Assembly (NCBI GenBank): GCA_030765485.1
Contig: JAVCCR010000031.1
Location: 17,359 to 81,358, forward strand
Direction: 5' to 3'
DNA length: 64,000 bases
Source of the DNA: Candidatus Gygaella obscura
GTDB lineage: Bacteria > Omnitrophota > Gorgyraeia > Gygaellales > Gygaellaceae
Shown piece by piece: positions 56,094 through 64,000 of the stretch (its first letter is position 1; each line of letters begins with the position of its first letter). The notes beneath the pieces are model-generated. The model ran no database searches. It saw nothing but the letters and a program-made list of their open reading frames with translations, and was not told the origin of the DNA. Made by a program: the position numbers and the translations under genes.

Positions 56094-57509
56094 ATGAAAA
56101 AGATTTTTTTGGGCCTCGTAGGGTTAATTTTTTTATATAGCATAAATTTATTTGCCAGCGAACAGCAGGCTGTTGAATTAACCGTCTACAACCAGAATTT
56201 TGCATTGGTTAAAGATAAAAGATCGCTAGAGTTAAAAAAAGGAATTAACGATATTAGATTTTCAGATGTAGCTTCCTATATTGAACCGGAATCAGTTCAT
56301 TTTAAATCTTTAACTGATCCTTTAGGATGTCTTATTCAGGAGCAAAACTATGAGTATGATTTGGTAAGCGCGGATAAGCTGCTTAAAAAATATATTGATA
56401 ATAGTATTAAGCTTTTAACTGAAAACGGCAAGCTTTATGAGGGAAAATTATTAAGTTACGATGGTAACAATATTGTTATTGTTGATAGTACAGGAATTAA
56501 TATGGTAACACGTAAAGATAATATTATTAATATTGCTTTTCCTGAGCTTCCTGAGGGGTTGATTACAAAGCCGACTTTGATGTGGCAGATTAAAAATAGA
56601 AAAAGTGGAAAGCATTTAATCGAAGTGTCATATTTAACTAAAAATATAAGATGGAATGCTGATTATGTAGTGGTGGTTGATAAACTGGATAAAAAGATAG
56701 ACTTATCCGGTTGGGTTACGATTGATAACAGAAGTGGTGCAACCTATAAGGATGCAAGGTTAAAGCTTATTGCAGGTGATGTTAATCGTGTGCAGGAAAA
56801 TTTTATAGGAGGTAGTGTTCAAAAAAGTTTTGCCGCAAGAGAAATGGTGGATGATGAACAGTTTTCAGAAAAAGCATTTTTTGAATATCATATGTATACT
56901 TTAGAGCGCTCAACTACCGTCAAAAATAATCAGACTAAGCAGGTTTCTTTATTATCAGCCGAATCTGTGCCTGTACAGAAGTTGTTTGTTTATGACCCGG
57001 TTGATTACTATGGTTGGAGGTGGTTTGATTATGACAATTCTTCTTCCAAGAAGCAAAAAATAAAAGTAAAGTTAGAATTTAAAAACAGCAAAAAAGATAA
57101 TTTGGGTATGCCTTTACCTAAAGGCAAAGTTAAGGTTTATAAGAAAGATACGGATGAGAGTTTGCAGTTTATTGGCGAGAATATGATTGACCATACGCCC
57201 AAGGATGAAAAAATCCGACTTTATTTAGGTGATGCTTTTGATGTTGTCGGGGAGCGTAAAAAAATGAATTACCGCGAAGATCATAAAGCCCGATGGTCAG
57301 AGGAGACTTTTGAGATTTCATTGCGTAACCACAAGGATACGGATATTGTAGTTAATGTTATTGAGCATCTCTGGAGATATACGAATTGGAAAATAATCAG
57401 TAAAACCCATGAGTTTGAAAAAAAAGACGCCCAGACAATTCAGTTTAATGTCCCTGTAAAAAAAGATTCAGAGGTAAAGTTGGAATATGTTGTAAGATAC
57501 AGATGGTGA
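56094..57509 (+). CDS. Exported DUF4139/DUF4140-like protein
   Basis: 471 aa. Signal peptide 'MKKIFLGLVGLIFLYSINLFASEQ'. 'VELTVYNQNFALVKDKRSLEL' N-terminal module, then 'LSGWVTIDNRSGATYKDARLKLIAGDVNRV'. Family call from memory, unverified. Confidence 0.5.
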   Translation: MKKIFLGLVGLIFLYSINLFASEQQAVELTVYNQNFALVKDKRSLELKKGINDIRFSDVASYIEPESVHFKSLTDPLGCLIQEQNYEYDLVSADKLLKKYIDNSIKLLTENGKLYEGKLLSYDGNNIVIVDSTGINMVTRKDNIINIAFPELPEGLITKPTLMWQIKNRKSGKHLIEVSYLTKNIRWNADYVVVVDKLDKKIDLSGWVTIDNRSGATYKDARLKLIAGDVNRVQENFIGGSVQKSFAAREMVDDEQFSEKAFFEYHMYTLERSTTVKNNQTKQVSLLSAESVPVQKLFVYDPVDYYGWRWFDYDNSSSKKQKIKVKLEFKNSKKDNLGMPLPKGKVKVYKKDTDESLQFIGENMIDHTPKDEKIRLYLGDAFDVVGERKKMNYREDHKARWSEETFEISLRNHKDTDIVVNVIEHLWRYTNWKIISKTHEFEKKDAQTIQFNVPVKKDSEVKLEYVVRYRW

Positions 57510-58970
57510 TTGCTTATTATGGATAGAGATGTTTTAGAGAGGATTGATGAATTTACTTGGCGCATTCCTAAGAGTTATAAAAAAGGCATGCGCGTTGACG
57601 GAGTTATTTATGCAAATGAAAAGCTACTTGAAGATTTATTGAAAGATAAGGCTACCGAACAGGTAGCTAATGTTGCGTTTTTGCCTGGTATTGTCAAAGC
57701 TTCTTTGGCCATGCCTGATATTCACTGGGGTTATGGTTTTCCCATAGGTGGTGTGGCAGCAACAGATATTGAAGCAGGCGGAGTGATTTCTCCCGGTGGA
57801 GTAGGTTTTGATATTAATTGTGGGGTAAGGCTTTTAAGGAGTGACCTAGAAGTTAAAGACATAAAAACAAAACTAGAATTATTAATAAACACGATGTTTA
57901 GTGATATTCCAAGTGGAGTAGGTTCAAGCGGTCAGATTGTATTAAATAGTAAAGACTCAAAAGAGATTCTAATTAAAGGTGCAAGATGGGCTGTTGAAAA
58001 AGGTTTTGGTACAGAGCAGGATTTAGAGGTTACAGAAGATAATGGTTTTATGGAAGGCGCTGATATTGAAACTGTATCTAAAAGGGCATTGGAAAGAGGT
58101 AAGTTTCAATCAGGTACCTTAGGTTCAGGTAATCACTTTTTGGAAGTTCAGGTCGTGGATGAAATCTTCGATGAAAAAATAGCACAAACTTTAGGTTTGT
58201 TTAAGAATCAGGTGACGGTTATGATTCATTCCGGTTCAAGGGGTTTTGGTTATCAGGTATGTGATGAGTATGCTCGTAAGATGATACGATGTCTTGATAA
58301 ATATGATATAAGTGTTCCTGATAAGCAGCTTGCATGCGCTCCTTTAAACTCAGCTGAGGGGAAAAGTTACTTTTGTGCTATGAAATGTGCTGCTAATTAT
58401 GCCTGGGCAAATAGGCAGTGCCTGATGCATTTGGTGCGCAGCTGCTTTGCAAAAGTCTTTAATGCTTCCTGGAGTTCTTTAGGTTTACAGCTTATATATG
58501 ATGTTGCGCATAATATAGCAAAGATTGAAAAGCATGTTGTGGATGGTAAACAGAAACTTCTTTGCGTACACAGAAAAGGCGCAACGCGCTCCTTTGGACC
58601 AGGTCAAAGCGAACTGCCTTTAAAATACAGGTCTATAGGGCAACCTGTTATTGTGCCGGGAGACATGGGGACAAGTTCTTATTTATGCGTGGGAACAGAT
58701 ACGGCTATGGAAAAGACCTTTGGGAGTTCTTGTCATGGTGCAGGAAGGGTTAAATCAAGGACACAGGCGGCGCGAACGATAAATTTAAATGTATTATTGA
58801 AGGAATTGCAATCTAAAGGTATAATAGTCAAAGCAAAAGGCAATAAAACTATAGTTGAGGAAGCGCCTTCTGCTTATAAGGATATAGATCAGGTAATCGA
58901 AGTTGTAAATGCCTCTGGTATAGCTAAAAAGATTGTTCGCTTTAAGCCATTAGGTGTAATAAAAGGATAA
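57510..58970 (+). CDS. rtcB: RNA-splicing ligase RtcB (3'-phosphate/5'-OH RNA ligase)
   Basis: 486 aa. 'MPDIHWGYGFPIGGVAA', 'GSGNHFLEVQ', 'HNIAKIE', 'HRKGATR', 'SSCHGAGR' cover the metal/GMP-His site motifs. Confidence 0.9.
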   Translation: MLIMDRDVLERIDEFTWRIPKSYKKGMRVDGVIYANEKLLEDLLKDKATEQVANVAFLPGIVKASLAMPDIHWGYGFPIGGVAATDIEAGGVISPGGVGFDINCGVRLLRSDLEVKDIKTKLELLINTMFSDIPSGVGSSGQIVLNSKDSKEILIKGARWAVEKGFGTEQDLEVTEDNGFMEGADIETVSKRALERGKFQSGTLGSGNHFLEVQVVDEIFDEKIAQTLGLFKNQVTVMIHSGSRGFGYQVCDEYARKMIRCLDKYDISVPDKQLACAPLNSAEGKSYFCAMKCAANYAWANRQCLMHLVRSCFAKVFNASWSSLGLQLIYDVAHNIAKIEKHVVDGKQKLLCVHRKGATRSFGPGQSELPLKYRSIGQPVIVPGDMGTSSYLCVGTDTAMEKTFGSSCHGAGRVKSRTQAARTINLNVLLKELQSKGIIVKAKGNKTIVEEAPSAYKDIDQVIEVVNASGIAKKIVRFKPLGVIKG

Positions 58971-58971
58971 A

Positions 58972-60240
58972 ATGCTAGATATAAAGTTTATTGCAGAAAA
59001 TAAAGAATTGGTTGAAAAGTCTTTAAAAGACAGAAAACTCGAGATTGATCTTGATCATATCTTAGAGCTTAATGAGAAGCGCAAGAAAGTTCTTGTTGAG
59101 CTGGATGAATTGCGCAGAAAACAAAATTTGGCTAACGATGGAATAACAAAGCTTCTTAAAGAGAAAAAAGATGCTAAAGAGACTATTGCTTCCATGAAGG
59201 CAATCTCTCATGCAAAAGATAAACTCGAGGATGATTCAAAGAATATCATTAATGTTTTAAATAAGCTGCTTTTAACTATACCTAACTTGGTAGATTTGTC
59301 AGTTCCCGTAGGTAGTGCGCAGGTTAATAAGATAATTAGAACCGAGGATAATATAAGAAAGTTTGATTTTAAGCCGGCAACTCATATTGAGTTAAGCGAG
59401 CAGCTTGATGTTATTGATTTTGCCAGGGCCGCTAAGCTTACGGGGTCAAACTTCGTTCTTTTTAAAGGCTGGGGTGCAAGGTTAGAGCGTGCTTTGATAA
59501 ATTTTATGTTGGATTTTCATCAGAAGAATCATGGATATAAGGAAGTTCTTGTACCATTTTTGGTAAATGCTGATTCTATGACTGGCACAGGACAGCTTCC
59601 TAAAATGGAAGACGATATGTATGCTTTAAAAGAAGATGGGTTATATTTAATTCCCACTGCAGAAGTTCCTATTACTAATATTCACCGTAATGAAATTCTA
59701 GACGAAGAAACGCTGCCTATTTATTATATGGGTTATTCAGCATGTTTTAGAAGAGAAGCCGGTTCATACGGTAAAGACACGCGCGGTTTATCAAGAGTAC
59801 ATCAGTTCGATAAAGTGGAGTTGGTGAAATTTGTAAAACCTGCTGATTCATATAAGGAATTAGAAAGTTTGGTAAATAATGCAGAGGCAATCCTTAAAGC
59901 ACTTGATTTGTCTTATAGGGTGGTTTTACTGTCTACTCAAGATTTAAGTTTTGCATCAAGCAAGACTTACGACTTGGAAATTTATGCATCAGGAATTGAT
60001 AAGTGGCTTGAGGTTTCAAGCTGCAGCAATTTCGAAAGTTTCCAGGCAAGGCGTGCCAATATCCGTTTTAGGGGGAAAGAAACTAAAAAACTACAGTATG
60101 TGCATACTCTTAACGGTTCCGGAGTTGCGTTGCCGCGGCTTGTAATTGCGATTATGGAGAATTATCAGAATTCCGATGGCAGCATTACGATACCAGAGGT
60201 TTTAAGAAAATATTTGGATGGACAGACAAAAATTAGCTAG
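58972..60240 (+). CDS. serS: Seryl-tRNA synthetase
   Basis: 422 aa. N-terminal coiled-coil arm. Class II motifs 'FRREAGSYGKDTRGLSRVHQFDKVE', 'GSGVALPRLVIAIMENYQ'. Confidence 0.9.
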   Translation: MLDIKFIAENKELVEKSLKDRKLEIDLDHILELNEKRKKVLVELDELRRKQNLANDGITKLLKEKKDAKETIASMKAISHAKDKLEDDSKNIINVLNKLLLTIPNLVDLSVPVGSAQVNKIIRTEDNIRKFDFKPATHIELSEQLDVIDFARAAKLTGSNFVLFKGWGARLERALINFMLDFHQKNHGYKEVLVPFLVNADSMTGTGQLPKMEDDMYALKEDGLYLIPTAEVPITNIHRNEILDEETLPIYYMGYSACFRREAGSYGKDTRGLSRVHQFDKVELVKFVKPADSYKELESLVNNAEAILKALDLSYRVVLLSTQDLSFASSKTYDLEIYASGIDKWLEVSSCSNFESFQARRANIRFRGKETKKLQYVHTLNGSGVALPRLVIAIMENYQNSDGSITIPEVLRKYLDGQTKIS

Positions 60241-60838
60241 GATATTTTTAAATACATTAAAGCTTATTCTGGGGTTGTTGATACTTCCTTTTGTAATAAG
60301 CGTGACCATAGTTTTTATTAAGTACATTTCTCAGATTGAAAAAGTTGCGCTGAGCTATTTTATAAACGGGATGGTGTTTTTTTTGGTGTTGTATCTATTT
60401 GTGTATGAACCGAGGTTTTTTTATAAGAAGGGTCAGCATTTTTTAGAGGTGGTATTCCGTTTTTTTGCTCCTTTGGTTAAGACTGCTCCTTATGTTTTAC
60501 CGATATATGTGATTATTTTCGGTCTTCTACATTTTGTTTTAAGATTATTTAGCGATTCTGTTTATATTTTATATTATTCGCTTTTTTTATGTAGTTTTTC
60601 ACTAATCATGCATCTGAGTTTTAGTGCTCGGATTTTACGTCCAAAAAGAATTGAATATGCTAGTATCGCTAATTATATTTTTGCGATTTCTATAATATAT
60701 ATTGTAAATATTTTAGTTTTTGGTAGTATACTTAATTTTATGTTGGAGTCTTTTTCTTTTTCCGGATTATTCAATGGATCTGTGGATTTGACAAAAGCGA
60801 TTTATTCAAGTATTTTCAATCAGTTATTTGTCAGTTAG
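60218..60838 (+). CDS. Hypothetical polytopic membrane protein
   Basis: 206 aa, 5-6 hydrophobic helices, Phe/Leu-rich. Overlaps the serS end by 23 nt. Confidence 0.4.
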   Translation: MDRQKLARIFLNTLKLILGLLILPFVISVTIVFIKYISQIEKVALSYFINGMVFFLVLYLFVYEPRFFYKKGQHFLEVVFRFFAPLVKTAPYVLPIYVIIFGLLHFVLRLFSDSVYILYYSLFLCSFSLIMHLSFSARILRPKRIEYASIANYIFAISIIYIVNILVFGSILNFMLESFSFSGLFNGSVDLTKAIYSSIFNQLFVS

Positions 60839-60844
60839 GTATAG

Positions 60845-60939
60845 GGAGGAGTGGCAGAGTGGTCGAATGCGGCGGTCTTGAAAACCGTTGAGGCGCAAGT
60901 TTCCAGGGGTTCGAATCCTCTCTCCTCCGCCATTTTAAA
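60845..60939 (+). tRNA. tRNA-Ser (anticodon TGA), type II
   Basis: ggaggag acceptor, D-arm gcagagtggtcgaatgc, anticodon loop cTTGAaa, long variable arm, T-arm ggggttcgaatcctc, ctcctcc-g then CCA encoded. Confidence 0.85.
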
Positions 60940-60961
60940 CAGAAGAAAAAAGGAGGGAAGT

Positions 60962-61237
60962 ATGGAAGAATTAACAATTTTTGACTTTATGAAGGATTTT
61001 GTTCTTTGGTTAAGCCCGGTTGTGTTTGCTGTTGGGGTACTTCTTGTTTTGTCTCCTAAGTTATTTGGAAAGATAGAAGGTTCTTTAGGTAAGGAAATTG
61101 GCGGGATAAAGAAAAAAGTTATTCCTCAACTTGAGATGAATATTGAAAGTTTTCAAAATTGGATGTTAAAAAAGAATAATGTTGTTGGTCTTATTTTAGT
61201 GGTTTTATCATTTGTTTTCTTTTTGCTGCTTAGATAA
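60962..61237 (+). CDS. Small membrane protein (91 aa) with a TatA-like amphipathic hinge motif
   Basis: Re-called start at ATG 60962 after strong SD 'aaggaggga', because the track ORF start 60851 lies inside the tRNA. 'LLVLSPKLFGKIEGSLGKEIGGIKKKV' loosely resembles the TatA/E hinge 'FGxKKLPELGRSLGKGIREFKKA'. Second C-terminal TM. Confidence 0.4.
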   Translation: MEELTIFDFMKDFVLWLSPVVFAVGVLLVLSPKLFGKIEGSLGKEIGGIKKKVIPQLEMNIESFQNWMLKKNNVVGLILVVLSFVFFLLLR

Positions 61238-61250
61238 TAGTCTTTTTCCT

Positions 61251-61338
61251 GGAGAGATGCCAGAGTGGTTGAATGGGCCTGTCTCGAAAACAGGTAGGTG
61301 CTTATAGTGCCTCGCAGGTTCAAATCCTGCTCTCTCCG
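61251..61338 (+). tRNA. tRNA-Ser (anticodon CGA), type II
   Basis: ggagaga acceptor, anticodon stem cctgt/acagg with loop cTCGAaa, variable arm taggtgcttatagtgcctc, T-arm gcaggttcaaatcctgc. No encoded CCA. Confidence 0.85.
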
Positions 61339-61355
61339 AAAAAAATACCATTCAT

Positions 61356-61446
<91 letters not shown>

Positions 61447-61515
61447 GTTTATTAACTGCAGTTTATTCTTAGAGTATTTGATATGATATACTTGTTAATA
61501 GTATAATAGATTACT

Positions 61516-61791
61516 TTGAAAAGAGAAAATAGTATAAAATTAAATTCTGGATTTGTGGGAATATTGGGTATTTTGTTTACATTGGTTATAATTTGTATTC
61601 TTATTCTTATTATGTTTAAAGGTTATGGCAATAAGGGAATTTTTAATAAAGAGATGAAAAGAGTCTTGTCAAAAGAAGGTATAGACACCTCAACTTATAA
61701 GACAACTATTGATTCTACAAAGAAAAAATTAAATAGAATTAATAAAGATTATAACGATCGTTTAAAACAATTAGATCAGTTAGGGCAGTAG
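61516..61791 (+). CDS. Small protein with pilin-like N-terminal architecture (charged leader ending in Gly, then Phe + 22-aa hydrophobic helix); lacks Glu5
   Basis: 91 aa 'MKRENSIKLNSG/FVGILGILFTLVIICILILIMF...'. Resembles a class III (prepilin) signal, but position +5 is Leu. Could simply be a type II membrane anchor. Confidence 0.3.
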   Translation: MKRENSIKLNSGFVGILGILFTLVIICILILIMFKGYGNKGIFNKEMKRVLSKEGIDTSTYKTTIDSTKKKLNRINKDYNDRLKQLDQLGQ

Positions 61792-61795
61792 CTTA

Positions 61796-62317
61796 GTGAG
61801 AAAAAAGATTTTTTTATGTATTTGTTGTTTAGTTTTTGTTTTTTTTGCTAAAGATGTTAGCTATTCCCAAGAAACCCGTACGGGCGCAACCCCACCTTAT
61901 AAAAAACCGCTTTTGGATATCAAGGTAACTACTGATAAAGAGTTTTATTTGTCCACAGATTTGGTAAAAATAACAATAAAAAATAATATTGATAAGAGTA
62001 TTTTTATGCATATAAATACTTTTTGTATAAACCATATTGGTTCTTATGATGGTGAGAAGTTTTCAGCTTATTGTGATTATCCTGATTGTGTCTATGATAT
62101 GGATGCTCCCGATGAGATAAAACCCGGCGAAAGCGTAGAATTTATGTGGCAGCTGCGTTATTACAATAGAACAAAAAAAGAAATGGCAGATTTAATACCT
62201 GGTGATTATTGTTTAGTTACTTCATACCAGATTAGAGAAGGTGATGAAAGTGTTAGATGGAAGTGGTTATTGCAGAATTCCAATAAATTTACTATTGCAG
62301 AAATACCTGTTGAATAA
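61796..62317 (+). CDS. Hypothetical secreted protein
   Basis: 173 aa. Signal peptide 'MRKKIFLCICCLVFVFFAKDVSYSQE'. Cys-containing mature domain. No motif. Confidence 0.45.
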   Translation: MRKKIFLCICCLVFVFFAKDVSYSQETRTGATPPYKKPLLDIKVTTDKEFYLSTDLVKITIKNNIDKSIFMHINTFCINHIGSYDGEKFSAYCDYPDCVYDMDAPDEIKPGESVEFMWQLRYYNRTKKEMADLIPGDYCLVTSYQIREGDESVRWKWLLQNSNKFTIAEIPVE

Positions 62318-62387
62318 AAGTTAATTAATTGACAATTAAGGGCTGTTGATGTAATATACCACTCACTGTTTTAGATATTCTACCTTG

Positions 62388-62463
62388 CGCCTGTAGCTCA
62401 ATTGGATAGAGCATCAGCCTACGGAGCTGGTTGTTGCAGGTTCGAATCCTGCCAGGCGCATAA
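62388..62463 (+). tRNA. tRNA-Arg (anticodon ACG), the substrate of TadA
   Basis: gcgcctg acceptor, D-arm gctcaattggatagagc, anticodon loop cTACGga, T-arm gcaggttcgaatcctgc, caggcgc-a. Confidence 0.85.
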
Positions 62464-62472
62464 TTATATGTA

Positions 62473-62937
62473 ATGATAAATTCTCACCAAAAATTCATGC
62501 AACTAGCTTTAAAAGAAGCAGTTAGAGCTTCTGAAGAAGATGAAGTTCCTGTTGGTGCTGTTGTTGTCTACAAAGATAGGGTCATTGGCAAGTCATACAA
62601 TCAGGTAGAGCGCCTTAAAGACCCAACAGCTCATGCTGAGATGATCGCTATTACCCAGGCAAGCCATTTTTTAAACTGCAAATGGTTGAATGATTGTTCT
62701 GTTTATGTTACAATTGAGCCTTGCCCGATGTGTGCTGGAGCTCTTGTGCTAGCTAGGGTTAAAAACGTTATTTTTGCAGCAGCTGATCTAAAATCTGGTG
62801 CATGCGGTTCAGTGGTTGATATAACTAACAGTAAAGAACTTAATCACCGTATCAAGATAACAAAAGGTATCCTAGAGCAGGAAGCAAGAGATCTTTTACA
62901 GGAGTTTTTTAGGAAAAAAAGAAAAGCAAAAACTTGA
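62473..62937 (+). CDS. tadA: tRNA-specific adenosine-34 deaminase
   Basis: 154 aa. CDA-fold zinc motifs 'HAEMIAI' and 'PCPMCAGAL'. 'VPVGAVVV'. An alternative start at M9 (62497) is possible. Confidence 0.85.
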   Translation: MINSHQKFMQLALKEAVRASEEDEVPVGAVVVYKDRVIGKSYNQVERLKDPTAHAEMIAITQASHFLNCKWLNDCSVYVTIEPCPMCAGALVLARVKNVIFAAADLKSGACGSVVDITNSKELNHRIKITKGILEQEARDLLQEFFRKKRKAKT

Positions 62938-62941
62938 GCTT

Positions 62942-63031
62942 GGAGAGGTGGCTGAGTGGCCGAAAGCAGTTGCCTGCTAAGCAATTGGTCCGGGTAACTG
63001 GACCCCTGGGTTCGAATCCCAGCCTCTCCGC
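62942..63031 (+). tRNA. tRNA-Ser (anticodon GCT), type II
   Basis: ggagagg acceptor, D-arm gctgagtggccgaaagc, anticodon loop cTGCTaa, variable arm ttggtccgggtaactggacc, T-arm gggttcgaatccc, cctctcc-g-CCA. Confidence 0.85.
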
Positions 63032-63046
63032 CATTATAAAAAAGCT

Positions 63047-63676
63047 ATGGAAAAAATAAAAATATTGATTTTAGTTATATTGTTGATGTTTTCTACATCA
63101 GTTTGTTTTTCCTATTGGCAGGAGCCAGTTTATAAAATAGATACTGGTTATAGATATGACTTGAGACATCCGGATAAGGATATTTATTTTGTCTCTTTAC
63201 AGGCTAGCTTAGAATATGAAGATTTGTTTGAAGATTTAGATGTTATTATTAGGCCGTTTGTTAATTTTAACTGGAATCAGGATAGGAATATCTGGGAGCA
63301 TAAAGAGCTAGCAGTTGCGCTAGATGTGCCTTTGACAGATTGGTTTACTTTAACGCAGGATGTGAGGGCAAGTTGGTATAAGGAAGACATGCGCAATTAC
63401 GGCATCATTGAAAAAGAGTATTTCACGGAAAGCGCAACCACGATTTTGTTAAAGCATGTTTTACTGGATAATACAAAATTAAAATTAGAAGGATTTTTTG
63501 CTAATACCTACCTTTTTAATCTTGATAAAGGTGAAGCAACGCGTAATGAATTATGCGTTGGTTTCATCTTTCCGGTTAATGAACATTTTAAATCACAGAT
63601 TGACTGGCGTCATATCGACAGGATCCATTATTACGATTCAGATACTTTAGAAGCTTTAATTACTTGGGAATTTTAG
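63047..63676 (+). CDS. Hypothetical exported protein
   Basis: 209 aa. Signal peptide 'MEKIKILILVILLMFSTSVCFSYWQE'. Alternating-polarity strands suggest a beta-rich, possibly outer-membrane protein. Confidence 0.45.
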   Translation: MEKIKILILVILLMFSTSVCFSYWQEPVYKIDTGYRYDLRHPDKDIYFVSLQASLEYEDLFEDLDVIIRPFVNFNWNQDRNIWEHKELAVALDVPLTDWFTLTQDVRASWYKEDMRNYGIIEKEYFTESATTILLKHVLLDNTKLKLEGFFANTYLFNLDKGEATRNELCVGFIFPVNEHFKSQIDWRHIDRIHYYDSDTLEALITWEF

Positions 63677-63678
63677 AT

Positions 63679-64000
63679 ATGTCTTATGTAGTCTTTGCCA
63701 GAAAATGGCGACCACAGAACTTTAAGCAGGTTATTGGCCAAGATGAGGTTGTAAAGCGGCTTAAAAATGCGATTACTCAAGATCGTTTAGGGCATGCTTT
63801 TTTGTTTGCCGGGCCACACGGCGTGGGTAAGACTTCTACAGCCAGAATATTGGCTAAGTCTTTGAATTGTTTAAAAAACGGCGCATCAGTTAATCCTTGT
63901 AATGAGTGTGCTTCATGTAAGGAGATTGCCGAAGGAAGGAGTCTTGATGTTATTGAAATCGACGGCGCCTCCAATAGAGGTATTGATGAGATTCGCTCCT
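63679..64000 (+). CDS. dnaX: DNA polymerase III subunit gamma/tau, 5' partial (runs off window end)
   Basis: Translation from ATG 63679: 'MSYVVFARKWRPQNFKQVIGQDEVVKRLKNAITQDRLGHAFLFAGPHGVGKTSTARILAKSLNC...CNECASCKEI...IEIDGAS'. AAA+ Walker A plus zinc module is canonical DnaX. Not in the ORF track because no stop falls within the window. Confidence 0.85.
   Translation, partial: MSYVVFARKWRPQNFKQVIGQDEVVKRLKNAITQDRLGHAFLFAGPHGVGKTSTARILAKSLNCLKNGASVNPCNECASCKEIAEGRSLDVIEIDGASNRGIDEIRS

Noticed and set aside
60851-60961. N-terminal 37 codons of the 128-aa track ORF (60851..61237), and likewise the 48247 start of the 220-aa ORF
   Set aside because: Both extensions run through tRNA genes (tRNA-Ser TGA, tRNA-Arg TCG). 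I re-called the starts at internal ATGs with Shine-Dalgarno support (60962 and 48313).
60962-61237. Calling the 91-aa membrane protein TatA/TatE
   Set aside because: Only the Gly-rich hinge loosely matches. TatA normally has its TM at the extreme N-terminus and no second C-terminal TM, and no tatC is nearby. Kept as a hypothetical membrane protein with a note.

Overview
This 64 kb window looks like a gene-dense chromosomal segment from a low-GC diderm (LPS-producing) bacterium. The genome appears streamlined and is probably from an uncultivated lineage; I cannot assign a phylum from sequence alone. Almost every gene is on the + strand, many separated by 0-4 bp overlaps (ATGA / shared stop-start), consistent with long co-directional operons.

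Gene content, in order:
- An Lrp-family regulator and a class I aminotransferase.
- A stand-alone REC receiver next to a GAF-ANTAR regulator.
- A UPF0371-like protein, then purF.
- A lipid A block: a Gfo/Idh/MocA oxidoreductase and lpxB on the minus strand, then msbA.
- rpsB-tsf-pyrH-frr, followed by tRNA-Lys/Leu/Gly.
- A regulatory PTS set (ptsN-yvcK-ptsH-ptsI) with no sugar permease.
- metK-ahcY, pfkA and a class II aldolase-like gene.
- A branched-chain/aromatic amino-acid super-operon (ilvB-ilvN-[HD-GYP]-ilvC-[610 aa unknown]-leuA-aroE-pilD-aroC), then a strong terminator and consensus promoter.
- aroK-dprA-topA-xerC running straight into an LPS inner-core cluster: waaA, lpxK, an LpxL-acyltransferase/ELM1-like fusion, a GT4/GT9 fusion, a GT4, a polysaccharide deacetylase and a GT9 heptosyltransferase.
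- An accessory-looking stretch (48.3-55.6 kb) bounded by tRNA-Arg(TCG) and tRNA-Lys(CTT). It contains membrane proteins, a minus-strand ATP-grasp ligase + zincin-like metallopeptidase pair, and a secreted fibre-like protein. That protein has a C-terminal peptidase-S74 (intramolecular chaperone) self-cleaving domain and is flanked by 130-bp direct repeats that duplicate the junction of the two neighbouring genes. I read this as a Campbell-type insertion scar.
- archease, a DUF4139-like exported protein, rtcB and serS.
- Four tRNA-Ser genes covering all six Ser codons, and tRNA-Arg(ACG) immediately upstream of tadA, whose product edits that tRNA.
- The 5' end of dnaX.

I found no CRISPR array, transposase or phage structural module.
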